A stretch of 64,000 nucleotides of DNA. It comes from Sphaerodactylus townsendi. Lineage: Eukaryota. This document shows positions 36,485 through 48,700 of this stretch, one piece after another. The notes below the pieces were generated by a model. That model did not search any database. It saw nothing but the letters and a program-made list of their open reading frames with translations, and was not told the DNA's origin. The position numbers and the translations under genes were made by a program. Position 1 is the first letter of the stretch. The number at the start of each line of letters is the position of its first letter. Location of the stretch: NCBI RefSeq assembly GCF_021028975.2, contig NC_059430.1, positions 61,380,001 through 61,444,000 on the forward strand, read 5' to 3'.

Positions 36485-39400
36485 CTCTACTGCTATGATT
36501 CAGCTTCCTTATGTTTCACAGGATTATCCCATTCACCCCTGGTAGAAACTTCATACATCTACAGAGGAAATTAAGACAATAGCAAGAAGTCCGTTTAATT
36601 AAAATGAGTCATAATTATTTTGGCTATATTATTATATATAAAGTTGTCGAACCATCTGTCAGTCAGCCTTCTGTAGCCACACAGAAGCAGAAAACACAAT
36701 TGAGTTAAATTACTACATAAAACCTCTATATACATAATTCACCCTAGTAAATCTACGAGTTTAAGGGTCAGAATCTGAATAAATTATATATAGGATGTTA
36801 TCTTGGCCCGTATTTCACTTCAGAACAGAAATGAGCCATACTTATGTTAATGTGTTTTTGGCGTCAGGTATCAAGTTGTTAATTTTTATAAAAATGTTTC
36901 CTCACAGTTTGTCCAGAGAGGAAACTCAGCATGCTACTTTATAGTGCAGCTGTACATTACTTTCAACCTGACTGCAAGGAATTGGAAGTGTCCCAACCAA
37001 ATCATGAAATTCAGAGGTATCCTTTGCTTTCCCTGTAACAGAAATCTTGTAGGTATTACATAATAGGATAACATGAACTGAACAAGTCCCACAATTTCTT
37101 TGTTTAAAATATTTAGAAGATGACTGCCTTTTTCCTGAGCATCTCAAGATCCAAGGCAACTAACAACAGACATAATATTAAAACCAAGTGAGAATTTCTA
37201 ATGAAACCGTCACTTATTTGGAAGACATGTAATCATTGTATTTGATTCAAGTCAAGTGTACTCTCATAATTTATAAATTCAAGAACAAATTAACACTGGA
37301 AAAAAATAACTCATGTGCCCACCCCCACATCACATCCAGGCTCACACTGCCCCCCAAACGCCATGGAAAAGCTGTTCTGCAGCCTCACCACAAGGCTGGA
37401 AGGACAAGATCCTGCCAGACCTCTTCCAGGAGGTGATCCAAGGCATGAGGCAGCCACTGAAAGGACTGAAGCACAGGCCACTGCTAAATATACCTTGAGC
37501 AAGGGGGAGAACTGACAGTAGATCCTACTGAGACGAACAAATATGTCTGACACAACATGCAGGGAGGGACAGTCCTTCAAAAATGTGGGCTCCAGGCTCA
37601 CAGTCATGACACGCTTTAAATGTAACCACCAACGCTTGAGTTAGACCCAGAAACTAATTAGTAGACAGTGAAAGGATCTCAGCATAGGAATGATGTGGCC
37701 ACATCAGCTAGCCATCACATTTCGCATGAGCTGCAGCTACTAGATTATGTTTGAAAGTCCCACAAACAGAATGTTACCGTAATCTAGAGCTGATGTTACT
37801 GAAACACAAATCAGCAGAGCCAGAAGACATCTGAAAATAGGGAAACATCTTCCTAAACAGATGTAGTGGGGGGGGGGGGGGACATTTTTCACTGTCACAG
37901 ACACTTGTTTCTCCAAGAGGAGGCCAAAATCCAACAAGATTCACAATCTCTTACAAGTCTCTTAGTGAAAGCTGTATACCTTCTATGCTGGAAAGAACAA
38001 TCCTGTTTAAAGAAGTGGCCCTTCCAGCCATCATCACTTCCACCTTCTCTGGATTCAGCTTCAGTTTGTTTTCCGTTAGTCACTTTGACTACTCATTCAG
38101 ATACTGGGTCACGACAGAGACATCTGCTGGAGATATATAGAGAGTAATATATTGGTGGGTGTCTTCTGAATATTGTCAACCTTCTCCAGAAGTATGAATA
38201 TTAAGGCGCCTTACATAGATCTTAAACATGAGAGATAACAACACCTTGTGGCATTCCTCCCAACGTCAGCTCCCAAGGGAATGATTAAGAATCTGCCACT
38301 GAAACTTTCTATAAGAGAAGATTGAAATAATCTCTATGCGGATCTGCCAAGTCCCCTCTCACAGATGCCTACAAGGGGTGAATCTCAAAATCACACATAT
38401 TATGATTTCAGAATATCTGGGGGGGAAGGGAGGTTGTAGAATCACAATTAAACTCTTTCCATCCCTAAGTGATGTACAACTAGGCAGCAATAGATTGTGT
38501 GATTTACAGTGCCATCTTAAGCAGAGTTTAAGTACACTAAAATCAATAAGCTTAGAAGGGTGCAACACGTGTAGGATGGCACTGTGTATAGGGAAGGTGG
38601 GAGATACCCCAGCATGACAGCTGATTTAATGGCATGTCTTACATACTACTGCATTTATCTGTTTAGCAGTATAATTCAGTATCTGACTTGTTTTTAATAT
38701 TCACTTGTAGAATACATTTTTTCAGGTAGTTTCATTGGGTAAACATGACAAAACTATTGAATTTCATGGTGGGTGTAAAGTATTGTCAAATGGCAGCTGA
38801 CATGGCCACCTAGTAGGAGTTTCAAGGCAAGAGACAAACAGAAGTGGTTTGTCATTGCCTTCCTCTACATAGAAATCTTGGTATTCCTTGTGGTCTCCCA
38901 TTCAAGTACTAACCAGATCCAACCCTGCTTAGCTTCACCTGCGCCAACCAGATCAAGGCTTGAATTTATTGTCTTAAAGTTTTTTGATGTAAAAGTAGTA
39001 AATAACATTTTTTCTGAAATAAATATCCAAAATGTCCAGAATATTTTTTATTTAGATTTTATCATAAAAATAACTTTATAAAGTTTAAGCACGGGTTTTT
39101 TTTCTGCCCAAATGTAGGTGAACTAAATTATACAGAATTTTATATATTTGCAAACATTAAGCTGCTTTAGTAGTAAGATATTCAAACATTGGTTCTCTCT
39201 GAAAGAGAGCTTATCATACTGAAGCAGCCTGTATGATAATGTAGGAGAGAATTTGGTTTGACCTGGGCACACTGGGATAACAATATTTGCTCTTGTTTAG
39301 CAGCTGGTTTTTCTAGCTTAGTGTGGAATTGATAATCCTGCTAAAATATCCAGGTATAATTTCAACAGGTAGGAAAGAGTTGCATGTAACCCAAAACATA

Positions 39401-39952
39401 AAATTCCCTCATGAGGTATTGCCAAAGAAATATTACCCTACATTCTCTTGGACTAAAATGAAGACATCTTTCCATGGAAAGATGAGTAACGATTCTTCTG
39501 GTCTCCTCAATAGTCAGCATTACTATATATAGCCTTCAGGGTGATTCAATTGTCCCACCTCATACCTCACTAAAGTAAATGTTCAACTGAATCAGTTTAA
39601 AGAACTGGGTGATCCCCTTTTTCTCTCATGCATTTGGTCTGAGAGATTATCACAGTAGAGACTTTTCACAGTTCAACCATAACATGTTAGAATTTTATTA
39701 AACTCTTCAGGGATACAGAAAAGTTGCAGGGAGAAATTTGGTGAGAAGAAAAGAAGCAGACATATACAAATATTAAGATGTTCTTAATAGTATAGCTCAG
39801 ATGACTTTTGGCTGTTTAATAAGGTTTCAGTTTGTTACAGTTTTCTGAATTGTCTGAAATAAGATAAACTTTCTGGTTTTTCACAGACTTGCACTAAGAG
39901 GTTCATGTGAAACTCTGGTGCCCAAAATCTAGAAAGAATGGAGTATTCAAAC

Positions 39953-40319
39953 CAGTGGCAAAGCCACCAGGGGACTGAGCGACACACCGTGCACCATTCT
40001 AGTCACGTGAAGTGGAAAAATCCTCTCTCCCTCAAGAGCCCCATCCTCAGAGGTCTCCCGGCACACCACCCCACTTACTTTTAGGAATGGAGCAGGCCAG
40101 AAGCCTGCCTGCATTGACTGGGCCTGGTGGGAACTACATTTCCCAGGGGCTTCTGGGAAATGTAGTTCCCACCAGGCCAGGCAACATAGGCAGGCTTCCA
40201 GCCTTCTTCTCCGGCCTGCTCCTTTCCTAAAAGTAAGTGGGGTGGAGTGCTACGGGGGGGGCCCGGGGCGGGGAAGCAAGAGTGTGCACCGGGCACACTC
40301 TGGTCTAGCTATGCCTCTG
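39953..40319. mobile_element. hAT MITE with a large internal palindrome
   Basis: TIRs CAGTGGCAAAGC / GCTATGCCTCTG; perfect 8-bp TSD ATTCAAAC. Confidence 0.85.
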
Positions 40320-40898
40320 ATTCAAACAACTCCCTTTCCCCTTCAGATCTCCCCAAACTTTAGAGCTTTTAAAGTAAATCCACTTTAGAACTAGGGGTAA
40401 GTATTCTTCTCCCACACAAAATTTAAATTCTCCTCCTGGTTAGAGACTGGTCCCTCTCTAACACCATCTCTCTCAGTCAGCAGTTCTCTCTGTTCTACAC
40501 ACAAAATTCAGGTGACGAACTAGTTTGGCTTCTAGAACCTGGTCTAAAAAGCTTATTCTTCTCTTTGGCTAGAATAGGATCCTTTCCCCAAAAACTCTTT
40601 TCCTGCCAATATCACAGGTCTATACACTGACACTAAACACATCTGAAGCCACTAGTTTCAAGAGTTCCCATCAACAATCCTATCAGCAGCTCTGACTGAG
40701 TTCTAAACTGTGTTCCACTTATTCTCATCATGTCACTCACATACATAGGTTTTATGAGGAATTAACTCTTCCAGTCAGGTTTTTCTGCTTCTGCAGACTC
40801 CTAGCCCTAAAGTAGCATTTTCCATTGGTCCATCAAATCATCCTCCAAACTGGAGTCTTCTAAGAAGCAGTTTTTACAATCTCTTTCAGACTAGCTAA

Positions 40899-41011
40899 GG
40901 GCATTTTCACACATGCAAAATAATGCACTTTCAATCCACTTTCACAATTGTTTGCAAGTTGGTTTTGCTATTTCGCACAGTAAAATCCAGCTGCAATGTG
41001 CAAAAGTGCCC
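40899..41011. mobile_element. Short Harbinger-like MITE; related inverted copy at 41737-41891
   Basis: TIRs GGGCATTTTCACACA / TGTGCAAAAGTGCCC, TAA/TTA flanks. Confidence 0.65.
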
Positions 41012-41204
41012 TTAGAAAAACAAGCCTGTAGATTTCATGATCTAATTATCAGAAAGAGATTACTGTGCAGTTCTTTGAAGAATTACTCTACCCTATACTC
41101 ATTTATACCAATGAACTTGTAAGAGAGAGTAACTCCACGTAGGATTGCACTGTTCACCATAATTTCAATCAGCAAGATAATGAAACAAGAAGAATATGGA
41201 TACT

Positions 41205-41722
41205 CCGGGATCGCATCACCCCATATGTCCCTGCACGGCCTCTTCGTTCAGTAGAGGCCAATTTATTAGTGGTCCCTGGCCCCTCAATGATGCGGCTGGC
41301 CTCCACGCGGGCCAGGGCCTTTACGGCTCTGGCCCCGGCCTGGTGGAAAACCCTTCCTCCGGCTGTTCGGGCCCTGCGGGACCTTAATGAGTTCCGCAGG
41401 GCCTGTAAAACAGAGTTGTTCCGCCGGGCCTTTGGAGAGACCAGCCGCTGATATGGTGCCCCCAGCTGGCCCTTTCATCTGGGTCTACTATCCAATGTGA
41501 CTCGCCGCCCTCCTCCCCCTCTTTCCCAGGGAGAATTTTAAAAGTGGGGTTGACCAGACGCCTCTATTATTACTATTATTATCATTGTCACTGTTATCGC
41601 TGTTTTAAAGGTTTTTAATAATTTATTTATATTTATGTTTTATGTTGTACACCGCCCAGAGCCCCTTGGGGATGGGGCGGTATAAAAGTTTAAATAATAA
41701 ATAAAAAATAAATAAATAAAAA
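41205..41722 (+). mobile_element. Young L2 LINE 3' end (same family as 30551-31097)
   Basis: ORF2 C-terminal peptide LASTRARAFTALAPAWWK.LP...KTELFRRAF; (TAAA)n tail. Confidence 0.88.
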
Positions 41723-42499
41723 TACACATAGGCCTGCCCCTTCCGCACATACAAAATAAAGAACGTTCAAACCACTTTAAATCCATTTTTGCAGCTAGAT
41801 TTTACTGTGCAGAATAGCAAAATCCACTTCCAAATAATTGTGAAAGTGGATTGAAAGTGCATTATTCTGCATAATTCTGTGCGGAAGGGGACATAGTAAC
41901 ACATTCTTGCTCCCTATTATATGCTCACAACTGTTTTAATTGGGCAATGACTATACCATCAATCAGTACAAAGTATTCTATCACCACAGATACTTCTCAA
42001 CACTGTCAAGTGATAAAATAAGCAAATATGAATCATTTCACACGTGCAGAGTGATCAGATAGAATCCGAGAGCAGATCCCAAACCAACTACTGACTCCCT
42101 CCCTCTGGCAAACTGCTACCCAAATCCACTCTGCAACACCTTGCAAGCACAAAAGGCTTATGTTCAAAATGGTAATTTTAACCTCCATCACCCTTAAACC
42201 TGACATGCTAAAACTGCAAGTCTCACTCCACCCTTGCCCCCCAGCCTTTACCATGGACACTACAGCTCCATTCACAGTACAGTATGTATATGGACTGAAT
42301 AATCCTCACGTTATATTCAACGTGTGTTCAAATGATGACTGAAACACCACACTTAGCCAGGTACTGGTCCCCGAATTTATTTATACAGGGAATGCACGTG
42401 CACCTACAGGACGACGTACAACTCGTGTTAACCGTAACACGTCCATACGGCTTAAGGCTTATGGGGCCAAGTAGGGGCTGTACTGAAACGGAGGGTGAC

Positions 42500-43430
42500 A
42501 CCTCCTTCGCCCTCATCATTACTAAGAGAAAAAAAGTATGAGTGCAACCCCCATTCTGTGCGCCAGCCTTCCTTCCTTCCTTCCCTCCCGAGCGACAGAC
42601 AGGTTTTCCCCGCTGGGGGAGGAAACGCGACTCCCCCCCCCCACGCCCCATGGCCACCAGCGAGTCTTAGGAAGCACGAGGCAGCCACGCATTGCCCGCT
42701 GAGGCCTGCCAAGCCAAACACACTCGACTTCCCTCTCGCCCATAACATCCTAAGAAGCGGCAGTCGCCTCTCCTCACTCGACTTCCTGCGAGTTGGGCTA
42801 CGCCAGAGCCCGCTTTCAGCCGCCCCAGACCCCCTCTCATTACCTTCCCCGCTACTCCATTCAGAGAGGGGGTCCTGCCTTCCCACACTGCAGCCACGGG
42901 ATGGTGCTCAGAGCGGCCACCGGGTGCAGGACCCAACGGCGGCAAGAGACTGCCCGGGAAGGATGCGTGTCGAGGGGGAGGGGAAAGAGAAGCGGCGTCC
43001 CCACCCACCTTCCCCAAGTTCCGCCCGGGAAACAAGCCTTCTCAAACTACACTTCCCAGCACCCTTCGGAACAAGCCTTTCGAACAGTCTCAGGGGTTCT
43101 CCGTGTCGTAAGGAAAGCGCAAGGAAAACCGGGAGTTCGGAAACGGAGCTTTCTGACACTTACTCCAGCTCCACCAATCAGAGAACTGAAAAGCTTGGCA
43201 AGCTCGGAAGGAACAAGAACGCTCCGTGGAGAGTACTGCATGCTGGGATTTGTAGTCATGCTGCAGACCTAAGCGGGGCTCTTTAACATCTTTAGCTGAG
43301 ATCCAGCGGTTTTCCCAAGAAGTGGTTAGTGGTTATTTCCAGATCGACAGCGTATGATTGCCACACTACAAATATTCGTTTCGCCAATCTGACCTCGTTA
43401 AAGGAACGCTGGGAATTGTAGTTCTGGGTT
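42500..43430 (-). promoter_or_regulatory. XPOT CpG-island promoter with two ZNF143/THAP11 (ACTACA-SBS) motifs at 43237-43257 and 43409-43422
   Basis: Minus strand GACTACAAATCCCAGCATGCA and ACTACAATTCCCAG; CpG enrichment. Confidence 0.75.
43164..43235 (-). other. XPOT: Probable XPOT non-coding exon 1 (5' end approximate)
   Basis: GGA|gtaagt donor at 43163 in the CpG island, just downstream of ZNF143 motifs; alternative donor AAG|gtaatg at 42843. Confidence 0.55.
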
Positions 43431-43713
43431 AGGATTTATCCTACAAAAAGCCACAGTAAAACTGAAGGTTGGTCGTATTTGTCTGATGTAGCCAAACAGC
43501 CTTATGACACCTTAAAGTTCTAAAGGATTTTAAATAAAGATTAACAAAATATGCCAATATGTTAGTGCTTAGGATACCACAACAGTCCTGTTATCAATGA
43601 TATATTCTTACCAAACATTCTTCAAGGGCAAAAACGCTAATGCCTGAAAGAAAACCCACCAATTTCACAGGAACTTTTCTGTCAAGAAGAAGAGTTGGAA
43701 TTTATATCCCACC

Positions 43714-43807
43714 AGCCACAGATGCCAGCCACAGATGCAGGCGAAACGTCAGGAGAGAATGCTGCTAGAACACGGCCACACAGCCCGGAAACCACACAGC
43801 ACCCAAG
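43714..43807 (+). mobile_element. Penelope-like terminal fragment with an 11-bp TSD
   Basis: TATATCCCACC at 43703-43713 and 43808-43818; gccagccacagatgcaggcgaaacgtcagg motif. Confidence 0.75.
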
Positions 43808-44827
43808 TATATCCCACCTGACTAAGATTGGCTCCACCCCCTGGCCCACCCCTGGTCACACTGGCGCATCATTCTGCGCTGCTGGGCCTGGGCTAGAACA
43901 GCGGCTTCCAGGTCGGGCGCTACAGAAGCACCCGGTACCTGTCCGCCACAGTAAGCAACCCCTTCACCCCCCGTAGGGTTGTGCTGGCTTCAGAGAGGGA
44001 TTTTCCCCCTTCCCCCCTTGCCCGTTGCACAAAATTGTTTCTCAATCAATTGTGCAATTGAAGTGATTAATTAAAAAAACACCAGTGATTAATTCAAAAC
44101 ATATGTAAATAAATCGGTCAAATTCAATGGGTCATACAGATTTAACTCAAAGAAAAGTAAAGGTTTCTTAAATCCAGATTGTTCCTCTAAATATATAGTA
44201 GCTTAAACTGTGGTTTTGACTCTGTGAAAAGAAAACGGTACACTGATTTAAGTCACCTGTAGATTTAGAGCAAATCTATTATTCTTCCTCTGGCTTTTGT
44301 TGAGGATGCAGGACAAAAACAGCAGTGTGAAAACGCTGTAAACCCTTTTACACCATTTTAAACCATTTTACACTGTTTTCACTCAGCTGTTTTTGGCCCA
44401 TGCAGAATCCGCCTTACTTTCACTTGGCCAGTCTTTAGTGAGGTTTCTGTTATATCATGAGGTGAGTCACTTTCCAATTTCCATGGCATCCTGGGGCACA
44501 AGTCTTAGCAGTATTATCACATTGGTGGTGTTGGTCCTTGCCATGTGCATGACAACAGCTGCTACAAGCAATAATGCAAGAGTTAGGAGGTGGCCTAGAA
44601 TCATAGGTAGTGCTTTTCTTTTTCAACTGCATACTGGTTTTTCCTCTGTAATTTACTAGAAAAACTTGTTTGTGCTAGAAGTTGTACAAAATAATCACAG
44701 ACCAAGGTCTGTGATTACCTAGGACACATTTGTCAAGCTGTATAAAGCAGACTTCGTTTACCAAGTATGGAGGAGGATTCAAGAAGCCTCGCTACAGGAC
44801 TTGGTTTCTTTTAGATGAGAGAGAGAG

Positions 44828-45279
44828 TGTAGTAATGCACTGCTGACCCAGCAGCACCGTGGTAGAACGTTGGGACGCCAACGGACCTACGGCCTTGCTG
44901 GTCGCACCGCACCCCCACTCCTCATCCCCCTATGAGTCACGGGTCATGAACTGTCTGGCTCAGTCACCGGGCGCAGGGACAATGGTCTTGCCCCCAGGTG
45001 AGGATTAGGCTCAGACGCTTACGCTCCTCTCCGCACGTAGCCAGGTGAGATCATGCATCACATGATGATCTCCAGGTCTCCCGGTCTCCCGCTCATCTCC
45101 CTACCCACCTCCTTTACACGCCCACAATGAAACCCTAATAAAAGGTGCCAGAGACCAGCACAGAGAGAGTTGTCAGGATCACGAAATCCCGCGCTTCCTG
45201 TTGCTGACGCTCTCCACCAGATGAAACCTCCTCCGCGTCTCGCCTATTCCTTAGCGACGACCCTGCGGGGATGACTACA
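44828..45279 (+). mobile_element. Solo LTR (452 bp)
   Basis: TGTAGT...ACTACA termini, AGAGAG on both sides, AATAAAA ~45136, CpG-rich. Confidence 0.85.
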
Positions 45280-45739
45280 AGAGAGCATTGAAGTGTCTGT
45301 CTTATTTACAAATATAAAATCAAAGCACACTGGAAACAAACAGATTTCTGTGACAGGCAGCAAAACTTATATTTTTTGCATTAGATTTCCAAATAAAGCA
45401 ACTGTTTGGACCACTGTGGTCCCAGCCTAGACTATTGATAGATTATAGCTTGTAAATGCAAGCAGATTCCCACTAACTATAGTAGTTTATAGTCTTTGTT
45501 GAAGGCAGGTGTATTTTGCATAGTTCAATTGCCATAATAGTTATATTAGTGTGAAATTAAAGTTTTTCTGCTATCGTAACTAATCTTTCCTGGGAGTAAC
45601 CCATCCCCATCTCAGATAAAAATCGCCAGGAATATATGAGATATCGATAGAACTATTTCAAGCCACAGAAATGGAGTCAATCTAACTCTTAACAAGAATA
45701 TGGCAACAAATATAAAAAATGGAAGTGTGTCAGATAAGA

Positions 45740-47080
45740 ATGTATTTTACCTCCCTATCTCTTCAATCTATATGCAGAACATATCATGAGAAAAAATGGT
45801 TTTGATTAAGATGAAGGTGGAGAGAAAATTGGTGGAGGGAACATTAACCATTTGAGATATGCAGAAGATACTACATTACTGTCAGAAAACAGTAAAGATT
45901 TTAAATGATTACTGATAAAACTAAAAGTAGAAAGCAGGATTGTAGCTGAACATCAAAAAGACAAAAATGACTAGTTGGAAACTTTACAACTTTAAGGCTG
46001 ACAAAGAAGAAATTGAAATTGTTCAAAATTTTCTAATCTTTGGCTCTATCATTAATCAAAAGGGAGGGTGCAACCCAAAAAAATCAGAAGGAGATGGTGA
46101 CTGGGAAAAGCAGCTACGAAGGAGCTAGAAAATATTATGAAAGGATGTGCTATTGGTGGGCAAGATATGAGAGTATTCCCAATAACTATGTATGGTAGTG
46201 AAAACTGGACAATAAAGAAAGCTGACAGGAAGACAGCTGATTAATTTGAAATGTGGTATTGGAAGAGAGTTTTACTGATTCTGTAGACCGCCAAAAAGAC
46301 AGATAAGTGGGTTCAAATCAAGCCTGAAGTCTCCTAGAATGTAAAATGACTAAATGGGGTTTATTGTTCTTTGGTCATATAAGACAAGCCTCATTGGAAA
46401 AGACAATAATGCTAGTCAAAAACTGTGGGAAAAGAAGACCCAACACGAGATGAATTTACTCAGGCCGTTTCCGCACGGCCGCCATGCACCCCCACGCCGC
46501 CAAGAGTTCTGCCGGCGTGGGGGCGCAAGCCCGTTCGCACGCAAGCGTGCGAGCAGGCCAAGCAAAGGCCCCCGCAGGAGAGGCGGCTCCGCACAGAGTC
46601 GCCTCTTCCCCCTTCTCCGCCCCACTCACGATGTCTCCGTCGTCGCCTGCTGGCCGTGGAAGCCCCACCCACGCTGCCCTCCGACCCCTGGAGGTCGGAG
46701 GACAGTGTGGGCGGCCAGCAGGCTGCATTATCGGAGACATCGCGGAGGGCGGAGAGGAGACAGCGCTCCGGGCGCTGCGGTTCGCATCAGCGCCGGAAGA
46801 CGCTTCCTTCAACAACAACCCTTTAAAGGGTTGTTGTTTAGGGCGGCCCGACGCCGCGAGCGCAGTCAGGTCGGCGCTGCTGCGTTGCAGTAGCGCCGCC
46901 TGTGCGAACGGCGGCCTGGGGGCGGCGTTTTTACCGCCCCCAGGCCGTCGTTTTTGGGCCGTGCGGAAACGGCCTCAGTTTGCAAAACCTGAGCCAGGCT
47001 TTTAACAATAGAACGTTTTGAAGGTCATTAATTTTCAGGGTCACCACCAGAAGTCAGAAGTGACTTGACAGTATTTAATA
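45740..47080 (+). mobile_element. RTE/BovB LINE 3' fragment, interrupted by a MITE
   Basis: Degenerate RT segment IGGGNINHLRYAEDTTLLSE; RTE-type tail gaagtgacttgacag. Confidence 0.82.
46463..46974. mobile_element. PIF/Harbinger MITE, very CpG-rich
   Basis: TIRs GGCCGTTTCCGCACGGCC / GGCCGTGCGGAAACGGCC; 3-bp TSD TCA. Confidence 0.88.
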
Positions 47081-47397
47081 GCCACACAGAATTCTGAGCA
47101 TACCATTTTAGGATTGCTCTGTGTCTGCTTTCACATGTCTCATTCAATACAGAAACTAGAAGAATAGAAGGTTAGAAAAGTGTTCACAAACTAAGTTGAA
47201 AATCTTCCTGGAAATTTACAGAATGTGGGATACAACTTTGCTATGTGTATGTATTGCTAGAGTTTTTATAATTGTTAACCTATCTTGCAGCCCATTAAGT
47301 CTGGGAAATATTGTATAAAAGAACCAATTACTCTGCTGGAAGTCAGAGCCTTTACAAGATTACAGTTTCAGACAAACTATGTAAATTACTACTAGAG

Positions 47398-47488
47398 CTA
47401 GGAGAAAATGCTACTAGAATACGGCCACAAAGTCCGGAAACCACACAACACCCCAGTGATTCCGGCCGTGAAAGCCTTCAACAATACA
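47398..47488 (+). mobile_element. Penelope-like terminal fragment
   Basis: Homologous to 43714-43807; ends gtgaaagccttcaacaataca. Confidence 0.65.
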
Positions 47489-48049
47489 TATGTAAATTAC
47501 TATTAGTAAAAATGAGTGTATGTATGGGTCATGTTTGCGATTTAAGTTGCATTTCAGTCTGGCACACTCCACATGCCTGAATTGGAAGATTTCTGCAGCG
47601 CTGAGCTGTTTGCATGTTAAGTGCTGTCAAGTAGCTTCTGGCTCATGGTGACTCTATGAAATCAATGTCCTCCCAAACATCCTATCAGCAGCTCATGACT
47701 CATGGCTTGCAAACTGAAGGTTCTGACTTCCTTCATAGAGTCAACCCATTTCATGCTGGGTCTTCCTCTTTTCCTGCTGCCTTCAATCTTTTCCAACATT
47801 ATTGTTTTTTCACAGTCTTATAGGAAAGCCATTATGACGTTTCAATTGAGGGGGACAATCCAATTCCCCGCTCAGCTATAAAGTTCATTGGAGGTTACTG
47901 GCCCAGACTAACCTCTCTCCATCTAACCTATTTAAGGGCTGTTGTAAGAATTGAGAAGGGGAGCTGTGTATGCCGCCCTCCTAGGAGGGAGGGAGAATAA
48001 ATACAAATAATAGACATTGCAACGGACTGGTTTTTTCAGGGGCTTCATT

Positions 48050-48700
48050 AAAAAAACAACGTTCACCTACAACGTACATCGTTGCGTGTTAGCGGAAGTA
48101 CAAAATGTAGGTTCCCCCCCCCCCCCAAAAAAAAAAGAAAGCCAAATGTAGAACTTGAACAGCGCCTTCGTTTTCTTCGGCTCTCTGACAGTCATTTCCA
48201 CATATCCCAGAGACTACCTCCACCCCCCCGCGACACGTTACGGGCGCACAGATCACAATCTCAGCCAAATTCCAGACATGAACCGCCTTATCCGGCGGGT
48301 CAGATAGTTTCCGGTGTTCGGAAGAGGTGACCAATAGTAATGCGCCCTCAAGGAACCAATGAACGATAGCTGCTGTCGGAACGGGCGGGTCCTCACGATC
48401 GGGATTGCCGAAGCGAGGGTAGGGAGCATGCGCCCTTTCTTTTCCAGGAGGCCGCGCGGCAGGCAGCACCATGAAGGCGTCGGGCACTGTAAGCGCCGGT
48501 GGCCCCCGTTGGGTGGGGGTGGGGTGCGGGCGACGGGGCTCCCGGTAGCTGGAAGGGAATGGGCTTAGCAGGGGGCGGGGAGAGTGGACCCTGCAGGCGG
48601 AGGAGTTTCACCGTTTTTCAATCTTTTTGCCACCCGCGAGTACACAACATGGCGGCCGGCCACAGTTCCTGCTGACTTACAGCGTGGAGCCTTCCCGAGG
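48050..48700 (+). promoter_or_regulatory. RPL18A CpG-island promoter: TCT/TOP start (ccctttcttttcc 48433-48445), GABP/ETS sites (cggaag ~48093, ~48319), intronic YY1-like site (aacatggcggc ~48646)
   Basis: Canonical vertebrate ribosomal-protein promoter architecture. Confidence 0.8.
48471..48488 (+). CDS. RPL18A: RPL18A exon 1 (MKASGT)
   Basis: ACC ATG context, gtaagc donor. Confidence 0.95.

Noticed and set aside
37017-37025. GTATCCTTT U12-type donor motif
   Set aside because: On the strand opposite XPOT with no associated exon; likely chance.
38985-38993. TGATGTAAA C/EBP-ATF-like site in XPOT intron 1
   Set aside because: Single short match in AT-rich DNA beside a SINE; not distinguishable from background.
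42495-43286. 263-aa + strand ORF
   Set aside because: Low-complexity Pro/Ser/Arg ORF across the XPOT CpG island, antisense to XPOT, non-ATG start, no recognisable domain.
46354-47005. Several 120-179-aa ORFs
   Set aside because: They overlap mainly the GC-rich Harbinger MITE.
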